Shown: positions 52,744-64,000 of the stretch, in pieces | How the letters are laid out: each line of letters begins with the position of its first letter | Numbering within the stretch: the stretch's first letter is position 1 | NCBI GenBank assembly: GCA_013265495.1 | Contig: MU058384.1 | Coordinates: 557,622-621,621 of the forward strand | Length of the DNA stretch: 64,000 bases | Origin: Vicugna vicugna | Lineage: Eukaryota | Reading direction: 5' to 3' | Position numbers and translations under genes: made by a program | Notes under the pieces: model-generated | Seen by the model: the letters and a program-made list of their open reading frames with translations, nothing else | Database searches by the model: none | Told to the model about the DNA's origin: nothing

Positions 52744-54740
52744 ATGGATAATCTTCTCCAAAGCACATACTGGGGGAAAAAAACTATGTAAGAATACTCA
52801 ACTGATTAAAGAATTTAAAGTAAGGTAACCATCTTAGCTTAACTTTTTCCTGTGAATGTTTATGGCTAAATGGGATGAAATAGCTTTTGTAAATAGATTT
52901 ACTATAATTAAAAATACTGTCTTAGACTAAACAATATATTAACACTTAAAGAATTAGCTATTTCATTTTACTAACAAGAAATTTTTATGATACAAATTAT
53001 TTGTTGTGTTTCTGAAATTCAACTTTAACTGACTTATATTTGGTAAATGGCAGCTCTAATTCTGGAGAACACTTGCTTTAAGCATGTCACAAAGGTGCAG
53101 GATGACAGAATTTCATTCCAGTGCTTCAGATACTCAAAGCTTTAGAGCTGAGGTTGATTCTACTTGAATACAGGCAATCCAGGTCAGTTCTCAAGTTGAT
53201 TTCATGTCTAGATTGTCCAGAATGGACCCATCATCTGATTTGCTCAGGTATATGAAGAATGTTGATGAATAGATCTATGTTTATAGAACCCTCTATCCAC
53301 TGGGTTTTTAGGAGGAGGATGTGGCCCAGGTCTTGTAACACCCATCTCAGGCTGCTATGGGAATGACCAAATTCTCTAGACCTACTGACAAGTTAATTAC
53401 ATCTTGAAAGGAGAAGATTTTATACTTGATAAAGGGAATGCTCAGTACATTATGACTTACTTCTAATGCTAATAGTACTAGATTATACTGATAGTTAAAT
53501 TAAAGGACCAGTTAGCCTCTAACATATGGCTTCAAGCATGCACAGAATTTCCCTACTTTGAACAGATTATTTTTCATTATGTATTTCCTCCTTCCTTCTC
53601 TTGTAAAAAACAAAAGGAAAAAAAAAGAAAACAAAAGGGTCTTTTTATGGCATTTGTTCCCTAACAAAGAAGTGACACTTTTACTAAGGTCTCCTCTCGC
53701 TTGTAGATGTTTCATTTAGAATCCAGTGTGACAGCTCTGCCTCTGGTAGATGTCTTATTCTACAGCATTCATAAGCATGTGCTGCTTCCCAGCCAGAACA
53801 GAGGCAGTTAATGATGTCCATAATGCTCCATCAACATGACTTAAATTCAAAGATGTTTGCATGTGTAATAATCACACTGGAAAAAAAGTGATAATTAAGA
53901 TTCTGAAGTACAAAAGGGTAATGCTCTGTCCTCTTCCTCAGTAGGGAAGTTCATTAGCAGTGGAATCATGTCATTTGCCCATCTGTTCATAATTGCATTC
54001 ACCCCAGGAACTAAGCGAAGGAAGTGACATCACATGGTCCTTATACACACAAGTCTGTAAATCACAAGTATGTTCTTATCTGCATGGATGGATGGGGTGG
54101 GGGTTGGGGAGGGGAGCAAAACAACCACCACAAAATCCCACCAGCAACGATAACAACTAATTGAGCCTTTTCCAGGCTTAGCATAGGCAGATGACCTCAT
54201 TAATTTTGTAATCTTGACAAGATATTCTATCTCTAGGAAATCTCAAGGAAGAATAAAACGCTGCTGCTTCTGTGTGCTATCAAGGCCATATTGTGGGGGT
54301 AATTATCTTTCAACTGGTTGGAGACACACCTCTTGTTTGTATGTCCTAAACATCGGGTGCTTAGCAGCTGCTGTAATATCAATGGGCGAATGAAACAGGC
54401 CCTCATTAGATTAGCATTGAGCTGATTGCTGGTGCCAGTCTCATTATTATTGGTGACTAAGCTGGCAGATTGTCAGGATGTCTCATGGCGAGATGAGCTT
54501 TTGCAGCTCTTTGTTTGTAGTTATTACAAACAATGAAGTGAAAGCAATCCCTTGGGCATAGTCATGTCTCAGAGGATTTTTTTTTTTTTTATGTGAGTGG
54601 CAGTCAGCTTGCAAGGCAGCATTGGTAAACAACTTCATATTTTAAGGAACAATATTAATTAAAGTATGGAGTGTGGTTTGGAAAGAGAACTTGTTAATTA
54701 TTTAATGTCACCTGCTCTGATCAGGCCCACCACTTGAAAG

Positions 54741-54764
54741 TGATTGATTGATTGATTGATTGAT
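54741..54764. repeat. (TGAT)6 microsatellite
   Basis: Seen directly. Confidence 0.95.
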
Positions 54765-57094
54765 TTTATTTTTTTATTTTTGCCTTAGATATACTCTGCC
54801 TATCTTGAACACCACTGAAAATACAGGCTTCCAAGTGGTGAAAACCTGTTTTTCATTTTAAGTCATCGGCAAATGTGAGACATTACATCATAGTCTTAAA
54901 TGCAAAGCAGATTTTCTTACTTTCCTTGGAAAACAGTGTTGAATCCAAAGACTGTACTCTGCTGCCTTGCACAATATATAGGAGAGGTTGAATCACCAGA
55001 ATAAAATTATCGATCAATCTAGAAAATGATTCAAAAGCATTTGGCTTGCAGTGCCAAGTGTATATTTGAAAAATAAAGACTGGCATTGGGATTGTAACAT
55101 CCACCTGAGTAAATGAAGAAACATGTCTGACATAATGAACTAGAGCTTAAAACAATATCTGTAATATTTTAAAAAACATGATGTGAGCGATGCCTCACTT
55201 CCCTTTACCAGGGTTAATATATGCACAAAGGTACATGGCAAATAGCTTTAATCAAACCCTCAGGGAAAAAGATAGAATTTGCATATTTAAGAACACTTTA
55301 ACAGTTTCTGCATTTAAGGCACAGGAATCTTGTCTTCAAATTTTGTGTAGATATTACTACATAGCAAAAGAAATTTTTGGAACCTAAATCACCCAATTGG
55401 TTTGTTGTTTTCATTTTCTAAGAACAAGGTAAACCCCACAAGATTATTTTTCCAGCAAAATATCTATAATTCCAGAACTGAATCTGATCTTCTTCTGCTG
55501 ATTTTTGAGGATTTAATGTGAATTGTTGTCTTCCAGTAAGGCATACCTTTTCCGGGAGAACATCTTTATGACAAAGAGAAGCCATCCAAAAAAATGAGGC
55601 ATGTTTCAACTATTTCCCCAGATATCAGTAACACATGCATTATAGAGTTTAATATGCACAATTTGGCTTTGCCTTTAAATAAAATAGTTGGCAATTCAAC
55701 TGTGCATCCATAGATCTTTAATGATGCTGGAACCTTCCTGCATTTTCAATGCATTCCCACTGTCTTCAGCAAATACCACATCTTAACTCATTACCATTCA
55801 TCATAGAATTAGCTTCACCAACTTTTAGAAGCTCTTCTTGCAAGCAAATTTTTCAACTAGTTATTTTCTCTTAAGTGACTAAACTCTGTCTTTCAGGAGC
55901 CATTGTACTGCAGGGGGAAGTGTGTGATATGCAAGTGAGTTTGTGGGGTCACGTGACACTTAACTCTGCCTGGGATATCAACCTAGGAACTCAGCCTCTA
56001 CTTTATTTTTCACCAAAAATACTTTAAAAATATTGAAACACGTTCAACAGTTTTCAATCTAAAGTGCATTTTAACGTTTTCTCTCAATAAGAATAATCAT
56101 TTTTAAAGCATATATTTTAGACTTTGGTATCAACTTCTTTATAGGTACAGAGGTACTTAGATATATTTTTAAGAGTCAGTGTTGTTTGAGGGGTTGAAAA
56201 CACATCTTAAAAATAATTTCATGACTCAGAAACATACTGGCAATAGATTTTGCTTTAAATTGAATTGGGGTTAGACCAAGAATTTAAAAAAAAAAAGCCA
56301 CTTTACAGAGTTATAAACACTTGAAGAACTATGCAAAGAATACTGGTTATTTTTTCATATATAGTAAATAGTTGGTGTCCTTTGAAAATACTAATTTTAC
56401 TTGCATTTTGGTATAGTTTTAGATAGCACAACATATATCTACACATGTTCAATATTTATTAGTTTCATGAGCAGGCTCTCATTAATTAGCAAAAACTACC
56501 ACTAGTAATATTTAGACACAAATGATGTTTTTAAATGCTCCTAATGAAAATATACAGATGTTCAAACATTGGCATGAACATACTTCTTCCCCCAAAGTTG
56601 AGAAATTTGCATTCTCTAAACCTAAGGAAGGAAGAAGAAAATATTCTTACAAGGTTTTTAAGCCTTTTTCTTAAAGACAAGTGTAAGTATGTATCAGAAA
56701 TAAGTATGTATCAGTTTTAGGGCATTCTCTGTAAAAATATGCAAAGTAGAGTAGTGTTAATTTACTGGCCATATTAGTTCACCAGAAATTCTTATGCACT
56801 GGCATCTCCTGCTATTCTGAATTTAACTCTAAATTAGTATATGTTTTAGTTGCTCACTCCTTAAAATGCGTGTGTGTTCGTAAGAGGGAGAGTTTCCTGA
56901 AAACTTTAAATTGCTTATTTTGTTCAATGTATAAGTCATAATTAGTGTTTTCCTTTTACCCTAATCTCTCAGAACTGGAAGTAAAAAGTTTTAGCTTCTA
57001 GACCAACCCATTTCCATTTCCTAAACCAGTGTAAACTAAGGCTAGAAATACAGCGTGGTCCTAATCTTGGGCCAGGGGATAGTAAGAAAAAGAG

Positions 57095-57337
57095 TAACAG
57101 ATTTTCTTGAAAAAGCCTGATGGTAAGTATTTTCAATTTTGTAGGCCATCAATTCTCTCCCAACTACTCAATATTGCAATTGTAGCAGGAAAGCAATTAT
57201 AGACAATGGGTAAACAAGTAAGTGTGGATGTGTTCCAATAAAACTTTATTTGCAGACACTGAAATTTGAATTTCTTAAAATTATCACATGACACGAAATA
57301 ATCATGTCTGATTTTAAAAATGACATATATTTATATA

Positions 57338-57393
<56 letters not shown>

Positions 57394-57470
57394 TCATAGC
57401 ACTCTTAGCTCATGAGTTGTACAAAAACAGGTGGGTCAGATTTGGCCCAGGGTTTGTCAATACCTACTCT
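57095..57470 (+). mobile_element. hAT-Charlie non-autonomous DNA transposon (MER58B-like) with an internal (TAT)~17 expansion at 57341-57391
   Basis: 'gtaagtattttcaattttgtaggccat...gtgttccaataaaactttatttgcagacactgaaatttgaattt...aaaaacaggtgggtcagatttggccc'. Confidence 0.85.
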
Positions 57471-58064
57471 AGAGCCTGGTGCCTGTGTACGGGGGAGGGA
57501 ATTCTTGAGCCCCAGGGGCCCTACATCTGTAACACTTAGTGTCATGCAGGAATTTCCCAAATGGATACTTAGCCTACATGGCGTCCAGTCCAGGACTTAC
57601 AAACATGCATTGCTTGGTAGGATGTTAGAGGTCAGTAGAGTCCACCTCTATGACCTCAGTCCATCCTCTGAGTTTCTGCTTTATTCAGGTATGTTCATCA
57701 TCATGGAACTAAAATGCTAGCTTGGAAAACAACTGCTTCTCAGTAGCAGCTGCCATCTAACATGTTGTGCAGTGGACACTCTGCATCTTGCAGGAGACTT
57801 GGATTACTTTTAGGCAGCCTTGTTGACCTCCTCACAGATTACAGGGGCACTTGGGGCTCTTGACTACCCAGCAGGTTGTTGGCAGACAAAGAGGTTAACT
57901 TCTTACTGTTGTTGTCTGTATTTGTCCTAATTTAAATCTGAGCCCACAATCTGCTTGGTCTTTGGATGTAGAATCATAAAAATTGTTATGAAGATTATTA
58001 AAGTGATGATTATGGGAAATCATCATCCATCAGTGTCTTAGATGATACTGATCTTTTTATAAGA

Positions 58065-58240
58065 GAATGGGCTCCAGACTCAGACACTTCTGAATGAATT
58101 ACCACTTGTCCTACTTATTGGTTATGTGACCATGAATATAATATTTGGTTTTCTAATTCCTGTTTCCTCCACAGTAAAGTGGAGATATTCATCTATCTAA
58201 CTCATCAGAGTGTTGTATTAAATAGGATAACTAACATATA
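58065..58240 (+). mobile_element. MIR SINE
   Basis: 'gggctccagactcagac...acttattggttatgtgacc...gtttcctccacagtaaagtggagata'. Confidence 0.75.
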
Positions 58241-58251
58241 CAGCTAGCTAT

Positions 58252-58690
58252 ATGTTTCTATTAGCTTTCTACCACTGCATAACAACTTACCACAAATTTA
58301 GGGGCCTAAAACAACACACATTTATTATCTTTCAGTTTCTGTAGGTGACAAGTTGATCATGGTTTACCTATCTTCTCTGCTGAGGGATCTCAGCAGGGGG
58401 CAATCAGGTGTCAGATGGATCTGTGGACTCTTCAGAGGCTTGTCTGGGGAAAGATCCACTTCCAAACTCCATTTGGTTGTTGGCAGAATCCATTTACTCG
58501 TGGCTGCAGAACTGAAGGTTTCACATTCCTCAGTGGTGGCTGTCCTCAGCAACTAGCATCCATATGCAGTTCCTCACTGTGCGGGCTTTTCCAACACAGC
58601 AGCTCAGCTTTCTTCTTCAAAGCCAGCAGCAGAAGAGTTTCTGATTTCAGGGATGATCTGTAACTCCTCGAGGGGCTTTTACCTGATCTT
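58252..58690 (-). mobile_element. MaLR LTR (MLT1E/F-like)
   Basis: 'ctgcataacaacttaccacaaatttaggggcctaaaacaacacacatttattatct...ggaaagatccacttccaaactccatttggttgttggcagaatcca'. Confidence 0.85.
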
Positions 58691-59299
58691 TTGCTCCAAA
58701 CTTTTATGTGCATAAGAATTCTCCCATATCCTATTAAAAATTTAGATATACAATCTACTCTCAGTTATTCTAATTTAATAAGGGGAGGAGCTGGGGAATA
58801 TGCATTTTTAACAAAACTAATGTTAGTTATATTTCTTATTCATAAAACGGTTGTTGTTAATACAAGAAAAAGCCAATTATTCAGTCTATCAAAAAAGATT
58901 AATTAAGGGAAACACTACTCCATAACATAAATCAGAAAAGAGGTGAAATACTGAAAAAGGGAAATTGGATTGTGTTCAGTAGAATATAATTGAAAATGTA
59001 TTTCCTGTACTGTGTAAACTATTAATAAATTGCCTACAGTCTTACTATAAAAGAGCTTAATATTTAATCAAAGGAAATTAGAGTGTATTTAAAACCACTA
59101 ATAAGAAACCAAGCAAAGACTTGAGTAGTAGGGAAACTATTAGCACTAAGTTAAAGACACATAAACATAACGAAATATAGAACCACATTCTGCATCTGAT
59201 TATTCAGAGACATATTTAAAGTCATTATTGTATGTCCTGTTATTTAAGTGATACAAATGGCCAAATGATCCTATTAGATTCAGTTTTATAATTAGACAG

Positions 59300-59525
59300 G
59301 TGGTCTGATGTATTTTAAAGAAGCCGAACTTTGGAAGGATACAGATGTAGTTTTAAATTGAACTGTATCCTTTGTTACCTAGGTGATGAGATACTTAACA
59401 TTGTCTTCAGTATACTTATACGTAAAATGGTGGTAATATTGACTGTGGCTTTTGTGAGAAACAAATCAGATAACTGCATATTGAACTATATGGCTCATGA
59501 AGAGTATGCAATAAATGTTGGCCTC
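59300..59525 (+). mobile_element. MIR SINE, degenerate
   Basis: 'ttcagtatacttatacgtaaaatggtggtaatattgac...ttgtgagaaacaaatcagataa...caataaatgttgg'. Confidence 0.65.
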
Positions 59526-61334
59526 TGTATCCATTTTCCTCCTCCTTGAGTATTCCGTATGAGAAAAAAAAAAATCCTGCAAGACTTTCAGATATGATTT
59601 TATCACCTGAAATGGAAATTTCCTAGCCTAGGTTCTCATCTATTTCTTTTCATTATTTAGTTATCTTATAAAATGCAGACTTCTCTCATGGATATTTCTA
59701 TTTGTGTGAGCAATGTGATCCTTAGAGATGTGACATGCCAATATAATTTCGAATATTGAACTTCTGAGTGTCTAGGTTGATAAAGATGATTTTATGCAAG
59801 ACCAGAGTCTGTGTGAACATCTCAATATAGTTGCATTATTTCATCCTGAATCTGTGAATAATTGGGCATGAGGACACCAGAGGTATCTGAAAGTTCTTTT
59901 CCTCTGGAAAGGACTGTGCATATAATGGACAGATTGGGCTCTTGTCTTGGCAGCGTTTCTCTTTTGCAGTTGTCCTAATTATTTTTTCATAGAAATTCAG
60001 TGCTGGATTTAACCCTAAAATTGTCTCTCTGTTTAGCCAAACAAAATACAGGTCAGGGTCACTTCTACTCTTGACGTTAGATCAATTTACTGCTAGCTCA
60101 GCACTGATCCTGAGTCTCCAGTTCTTGGATCGCTGCCTCATCTCCAGAATGCTTGGAACTGAGTTTCTGCCTCATACTTTGGATGCACTGAAATGGAATT
60201 AGTGTGTCCTGTGACATGTTTCCAGTTTCTTTCCAGTTTCTTTTTCTACAACCTTTTTTTTTTTTAAATCTCAGTATCAAAGTTTGACTTCACCCCCATC
60301 CTCTCTGATCTGAAGTCTAATTTCTAATCCCTGCTGTCAGACTTCTCCAATGTTATCTGTTCTCCCATTTCAGCTCCCACAGTTTGCCAGTACCCTCCCA
60401 CTCGTATAAAGTTTGAACCCTCATTTGAAACATTTGTTTACTGTACCTGATTCTACCCAGGCTTAATCCCAGGGAAAGAATTCTATTTTGTATCTTTCTT
60501 TAGATTCTTTTATTCATATGAGCTTTCTTAACTGTGACTACTTTTTAGAGATATGCAAGGTTTTCTCCTTGGCTTTTTTAAATAGGCTTGACTTATTTTA
60601 TTCTGATGTGACCAAAGCTATTGTTACAAAAGGCAAACACATTATCCCAGAAAAAAGACAGTCCATTTTTGTACATTTTCTCAGGAGGGAAAAGTATCTG
60701 CAAACAAAATATCACAAAAAGCTTAAGAATAAATTGTAAAACAAAAAGAAGTAAAAACTCAATGTATATATTCATACTTTTGTTATTCTTCCAATAATTA
60801 CATAATATTTCACATTCCCAAAAGGAAATGTATCTGCAATGTAACATATTGCTAGGAGAAATATATATGCAAAACACATCTATTATGGTCACATTAAAAT
60901 CTGCAGCCTGAAATCACTGGAAATTTTTATAGACAACATGTAGAGTATGTAGTTTCTTCTAATACTGTCTCTTGCCTTTATTTATTCTCACATGCTGACA
61001 CTGTAAACTTCTCTTTTTCATTTTTTAAAATTTAATTCACTCTGAATATACTATTGTTTGTGAGGCTAAATGATGGGACTTCATGACATATTCATTTGCT
61101 GCAATTTCTTCTGCTTTAAAATTTGGTTTAAACTATAACACTGAGACATTCTGCATGCTATATTTAATAACTGGAAACTGTGATAAACTAATCTCCCTCA
61201 GAAGCCAAGGATATCCATGATACACATGATGTCCTTCTGTTCTTGGCAGAACCACGACCTGACCAAACTTTTCAAGTTATAAGGTATATTGGATGATTCA
61301 TTTTTGCTGGTTTACTGAATATAAATATTAAAGA

Positions 61335-61500
61335 ATTAGAATTAGACAGACTGAGTTTGAATCCCTTCTCACTAACTTATTAATTGAATAGCTTCGGGTT
61401 ACCTATGAGGCTTAATAACTCACCTATTAGATACAGATTTTAAAAATCCCTCATAGGGTAGTTTTGTAAAGTAATACATGTAAAGTGAATAATCTTTAAG
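61335..61500 (+). mobile_element. MIR SINE, degenerate
   Basis: 'agacagactgagtttgaatcccttctcactaacttattaattg...cctcatagggtagttttgtaaag'. Confidence 0.65.
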
Positions 61501-61694
61501 AAATTTTTACTGAATATTTTAAATGATTCTTATTCTTAAAGAGATACTTTTAAAGTAAGAGTGTATTCACCTGTCTAATTTTATTCTAATGTACTTTAAA
61601 ACATAAAATATACCTTGAAATGTACCATGTTAGAAAACATCTCTGTTCCACTGACTGTGGTATGGTGTGGCCCCAACCCTCAAAAGTGCTGAGA

Positions 61695-62633
61695 ACCGAT
61701 GACTTTCATGTTGCCAAATCCGATGAAGTCATACCAGCCCTTGCTTCACTAGAGTTCTCAGAGATACTTGGTACTAGAGTTCCTTAGGGTTTGGTCTTAA
61801 GCTCTGTATTATCTTCCTCTCCATTCTCTTTCTTGAGTATTTCACCAAAACTGATTATTCACCTCAGCTGAATATGATCAAGCAATGACTAACTTTCTAT
61901 TCACAGAGGAAATAGAAATATTCCCTACAATGAGAATTCCTTTAAATGCCATAAACTTCCTTGCTCACATTGCTACCCTTTCCTTCTCCGCATACTATGA
62001 AAGAGGAAGTTTCATCCTGCTTGTCAACCACTTTCTCTAGCTACTCTGGCTGTCATGTTCTCTCACATTTTAAGGGCACTAATACTGTCAATTAACGTAC
62101 TCTTCTGTAATCAACTATGCTCTCATTACTGGATTTTATATGTAGTTAAACATGTTGTGGATGCCTGTCTTCTGTACAACAGAATAATGATAATGATGTT
62201 GATGATGAGGATGATGTTGATAATAATAATAATACAACTTACTCTTCCTGAGCTATCAATTTACCTCTCTCCTGCATGTCACAGCCAAATTTTTTAAAAA
62301 GAGTTTTATTCAACATTTTTTATCATTGTTTCACTTTTCATTAAATATTCAACTCTGAATCTGTCTTTCCCTGCACCATTAAAACAGTTTTTGATAAGGA
62401 TTTCTGTGTCCTCCATGTTGCTAAACTCACTTAAAATTCTGCAATAGACCACCCTCTCCATCTCTGTTCTCTAGGATACCAAGTACCCCTGGTTCTTTCT
62501 AATCCTTCTGGCTATTCTCTGCCAGGGCCCTTTGTGGACTCCTTTTCTTCTATTTATATGAGCTCCTCTCTCTGAGTTTGGTTCTTGACAGTTTTTCTTA
62601 ATCTTTCACTGTGGATGTGTGTGTCTGTGCATG

Positions 62634-62666
<33 letters not shown>

Positions 62667-62745
62667 CATTTTATATAAATCACTGATAGATATATAATTT
62701 TTTAGCCCAGATTTTCATAAGAAATTTAAATGCCTAACTCCAACT
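61695..62745 (+). mobile_element. L2 fragments containing an (ATG/ATA)n run and (TG)14 at 62636-62663
   Basis: 'gactttcatgttgccaaatcc', 'ctattcacagaggaaatagaa', 'ctccatgttgctaaactca'. Confidence 0.65.
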
Positions 62746-62759
62746 ATCTCTGTAGGAAA

Positions 62760-63270
62760 TATAAGGAGTTATATAAAACTAAACACACAGTAGAGTTCTC
62801 ACATCTTAATTATAAATCTCAAGGCACAACCCAGATCAAGGTATAGCACATTTTCTGCATTCCAGAAGACTCCTTCATTCCCATTTCTGGTCAACAGTCT
62901 CCCCATTCAGATTGATTTTGCCCATTTTTGAACTAAATATAAATGGATTTATATAGCATATATCCTTTTGTGTCTGATTTCTTTTATTCAACAACATTTC
63001 TGTGAGATCCGGCCATATTATCACTTGCAGCGATAATTTATTTTTCATTGCTATGTACTATTCCATTGTATGAATATACCACAATATATTTTCATTTTAA
63101 TTTTGACAAAAATTGGGTAATTTGGCTTCCACAAATAAATCACCTGTAGACATTCTTGTATGTGGCATTAGTTGACATGAGCATTTATTTGTGTTTGGAA
63201 GTATTTCTCCATATAATGTATGCTCTTTCAGGGGACTTAAATAATTATGTTTTGAGATAATTTTCAAAAG
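62760..63270 (-). mobile_element. Old L1ME-type 3' end
   Basis: 'cccagatcaaggtatagcacatttt', 'ttttgtgtctgatttcttttattcaacaacatttctgtgagatcc', 'tattccattgtatgaatataccacaat'. Confidence 0.85.
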
Positions 63271-63649
63271 TTGAGTGCTTATTTTTGAGGAGAGAGGGTC
63301 CCAAGAGTTCCTCAGACCACCAGTGTGCTTCGTTTTCTTAATATCCTTATTTTTCCTCTTGTTTTAGCTTTTTAGTTATAACTTCCTGTGTTATTCTTTA
63401 CAAGATTATCTTTGATATTACAATATGATTATTAATAATTTCAATATATGTCAAACAATGTAAGAATTCCAAATAATACATGAACCTTAAAGTAGTTTAA
63501 ATCCATCTTCCTCTTCTTTTCTTTTAGGGTACTGTTATTATTTTGTTTAAATATAGTGTCTTTCAAAACTTTCTTACCCACTCTTTTATGTGGTAAAATT
63601 TCCTTTTTATGAAACAGATATACTCTCCAGACTAGCACAGCTGAAAAAT

Positions 63650-64000
63650 GGACAATACTCTTTGACATAAGTCACAGCAATATTTTTTTGGATCCACTTC
63701 CTAGAGTAATGGAAATAAAAGCAAAAGTAAACAAATGGGACCAAATTAAATGTAAAAGCTTTTGCACAACAAAGGAAACCATAAACAAAAGGAAAAAACC
63801 TACAAACTGGGAGAAAATATTTGCAGACAATGTGACTGACAAGGACTTGATTTCCATAATATACAAATAATTCATATAATTCAATACCAGAAAACAATCC
63901 AATCAAAAAATGAGCAGAAGACCTGAATAGACTTTTTTCCAAAGGAGACATACAAATGGCTAACAGGCACATGAAAAGATACTCAACACTGCTAATTATT
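63650..64000 (+). mobile_element. Young 5'-truncated L1 ORF2 fragment, running off the window end
   Basis: ORF 63688-63870 ([42 protein letters not shown]) is the L1 ORF2 C-terminal region. Confidence 0.95.

Overview
AT-rich, CpG-depleted mammalian genomic DNA, either intronic or intergenic, with a 120-N assembly gap at 47080-47199. I could not recognise any host protein-coding exon, RNA gene or CpG island. The only ORFs in the track with recognisable protein similarity are decayed LINE-1 ORF2 pieces. A large part of the window is interspersed repeat: old and younger L1, L2, MIR, MLT1/ERVL-type LTRs and a MER58-like DNA transposon. I saw no Alu, B1/B2, SINEC, Bov-A/tA or PRE1 SINEs, and the young L1 3' ends are of cetartiodactyl type, so the source is most plausibly a camelid (inference). 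The best-supported observations are: (1) a perfect 151-bp tandem duplication with a complex templated junction (15688-16069); (2) an old L1 with a twin-priming 5' inversion (~27620-28130); (3) a tail-less L1 3' fragment that still has a 15-bp TSD, suggesting internal priming (50380-50660); (4) a GC-richer ~245-bp island with a tRNA-like head, possibly an ancient SINE (9851-10095); (5) repeat-poor blocks with enhancer-like motif clusters, a 4-tetrad G-quadruplex and a GTCACGTGAC E-box. I found no convincing evidence of a novel multi-gene system. Repeat subfamily names and boundaries are assigned by eye and are approximate.
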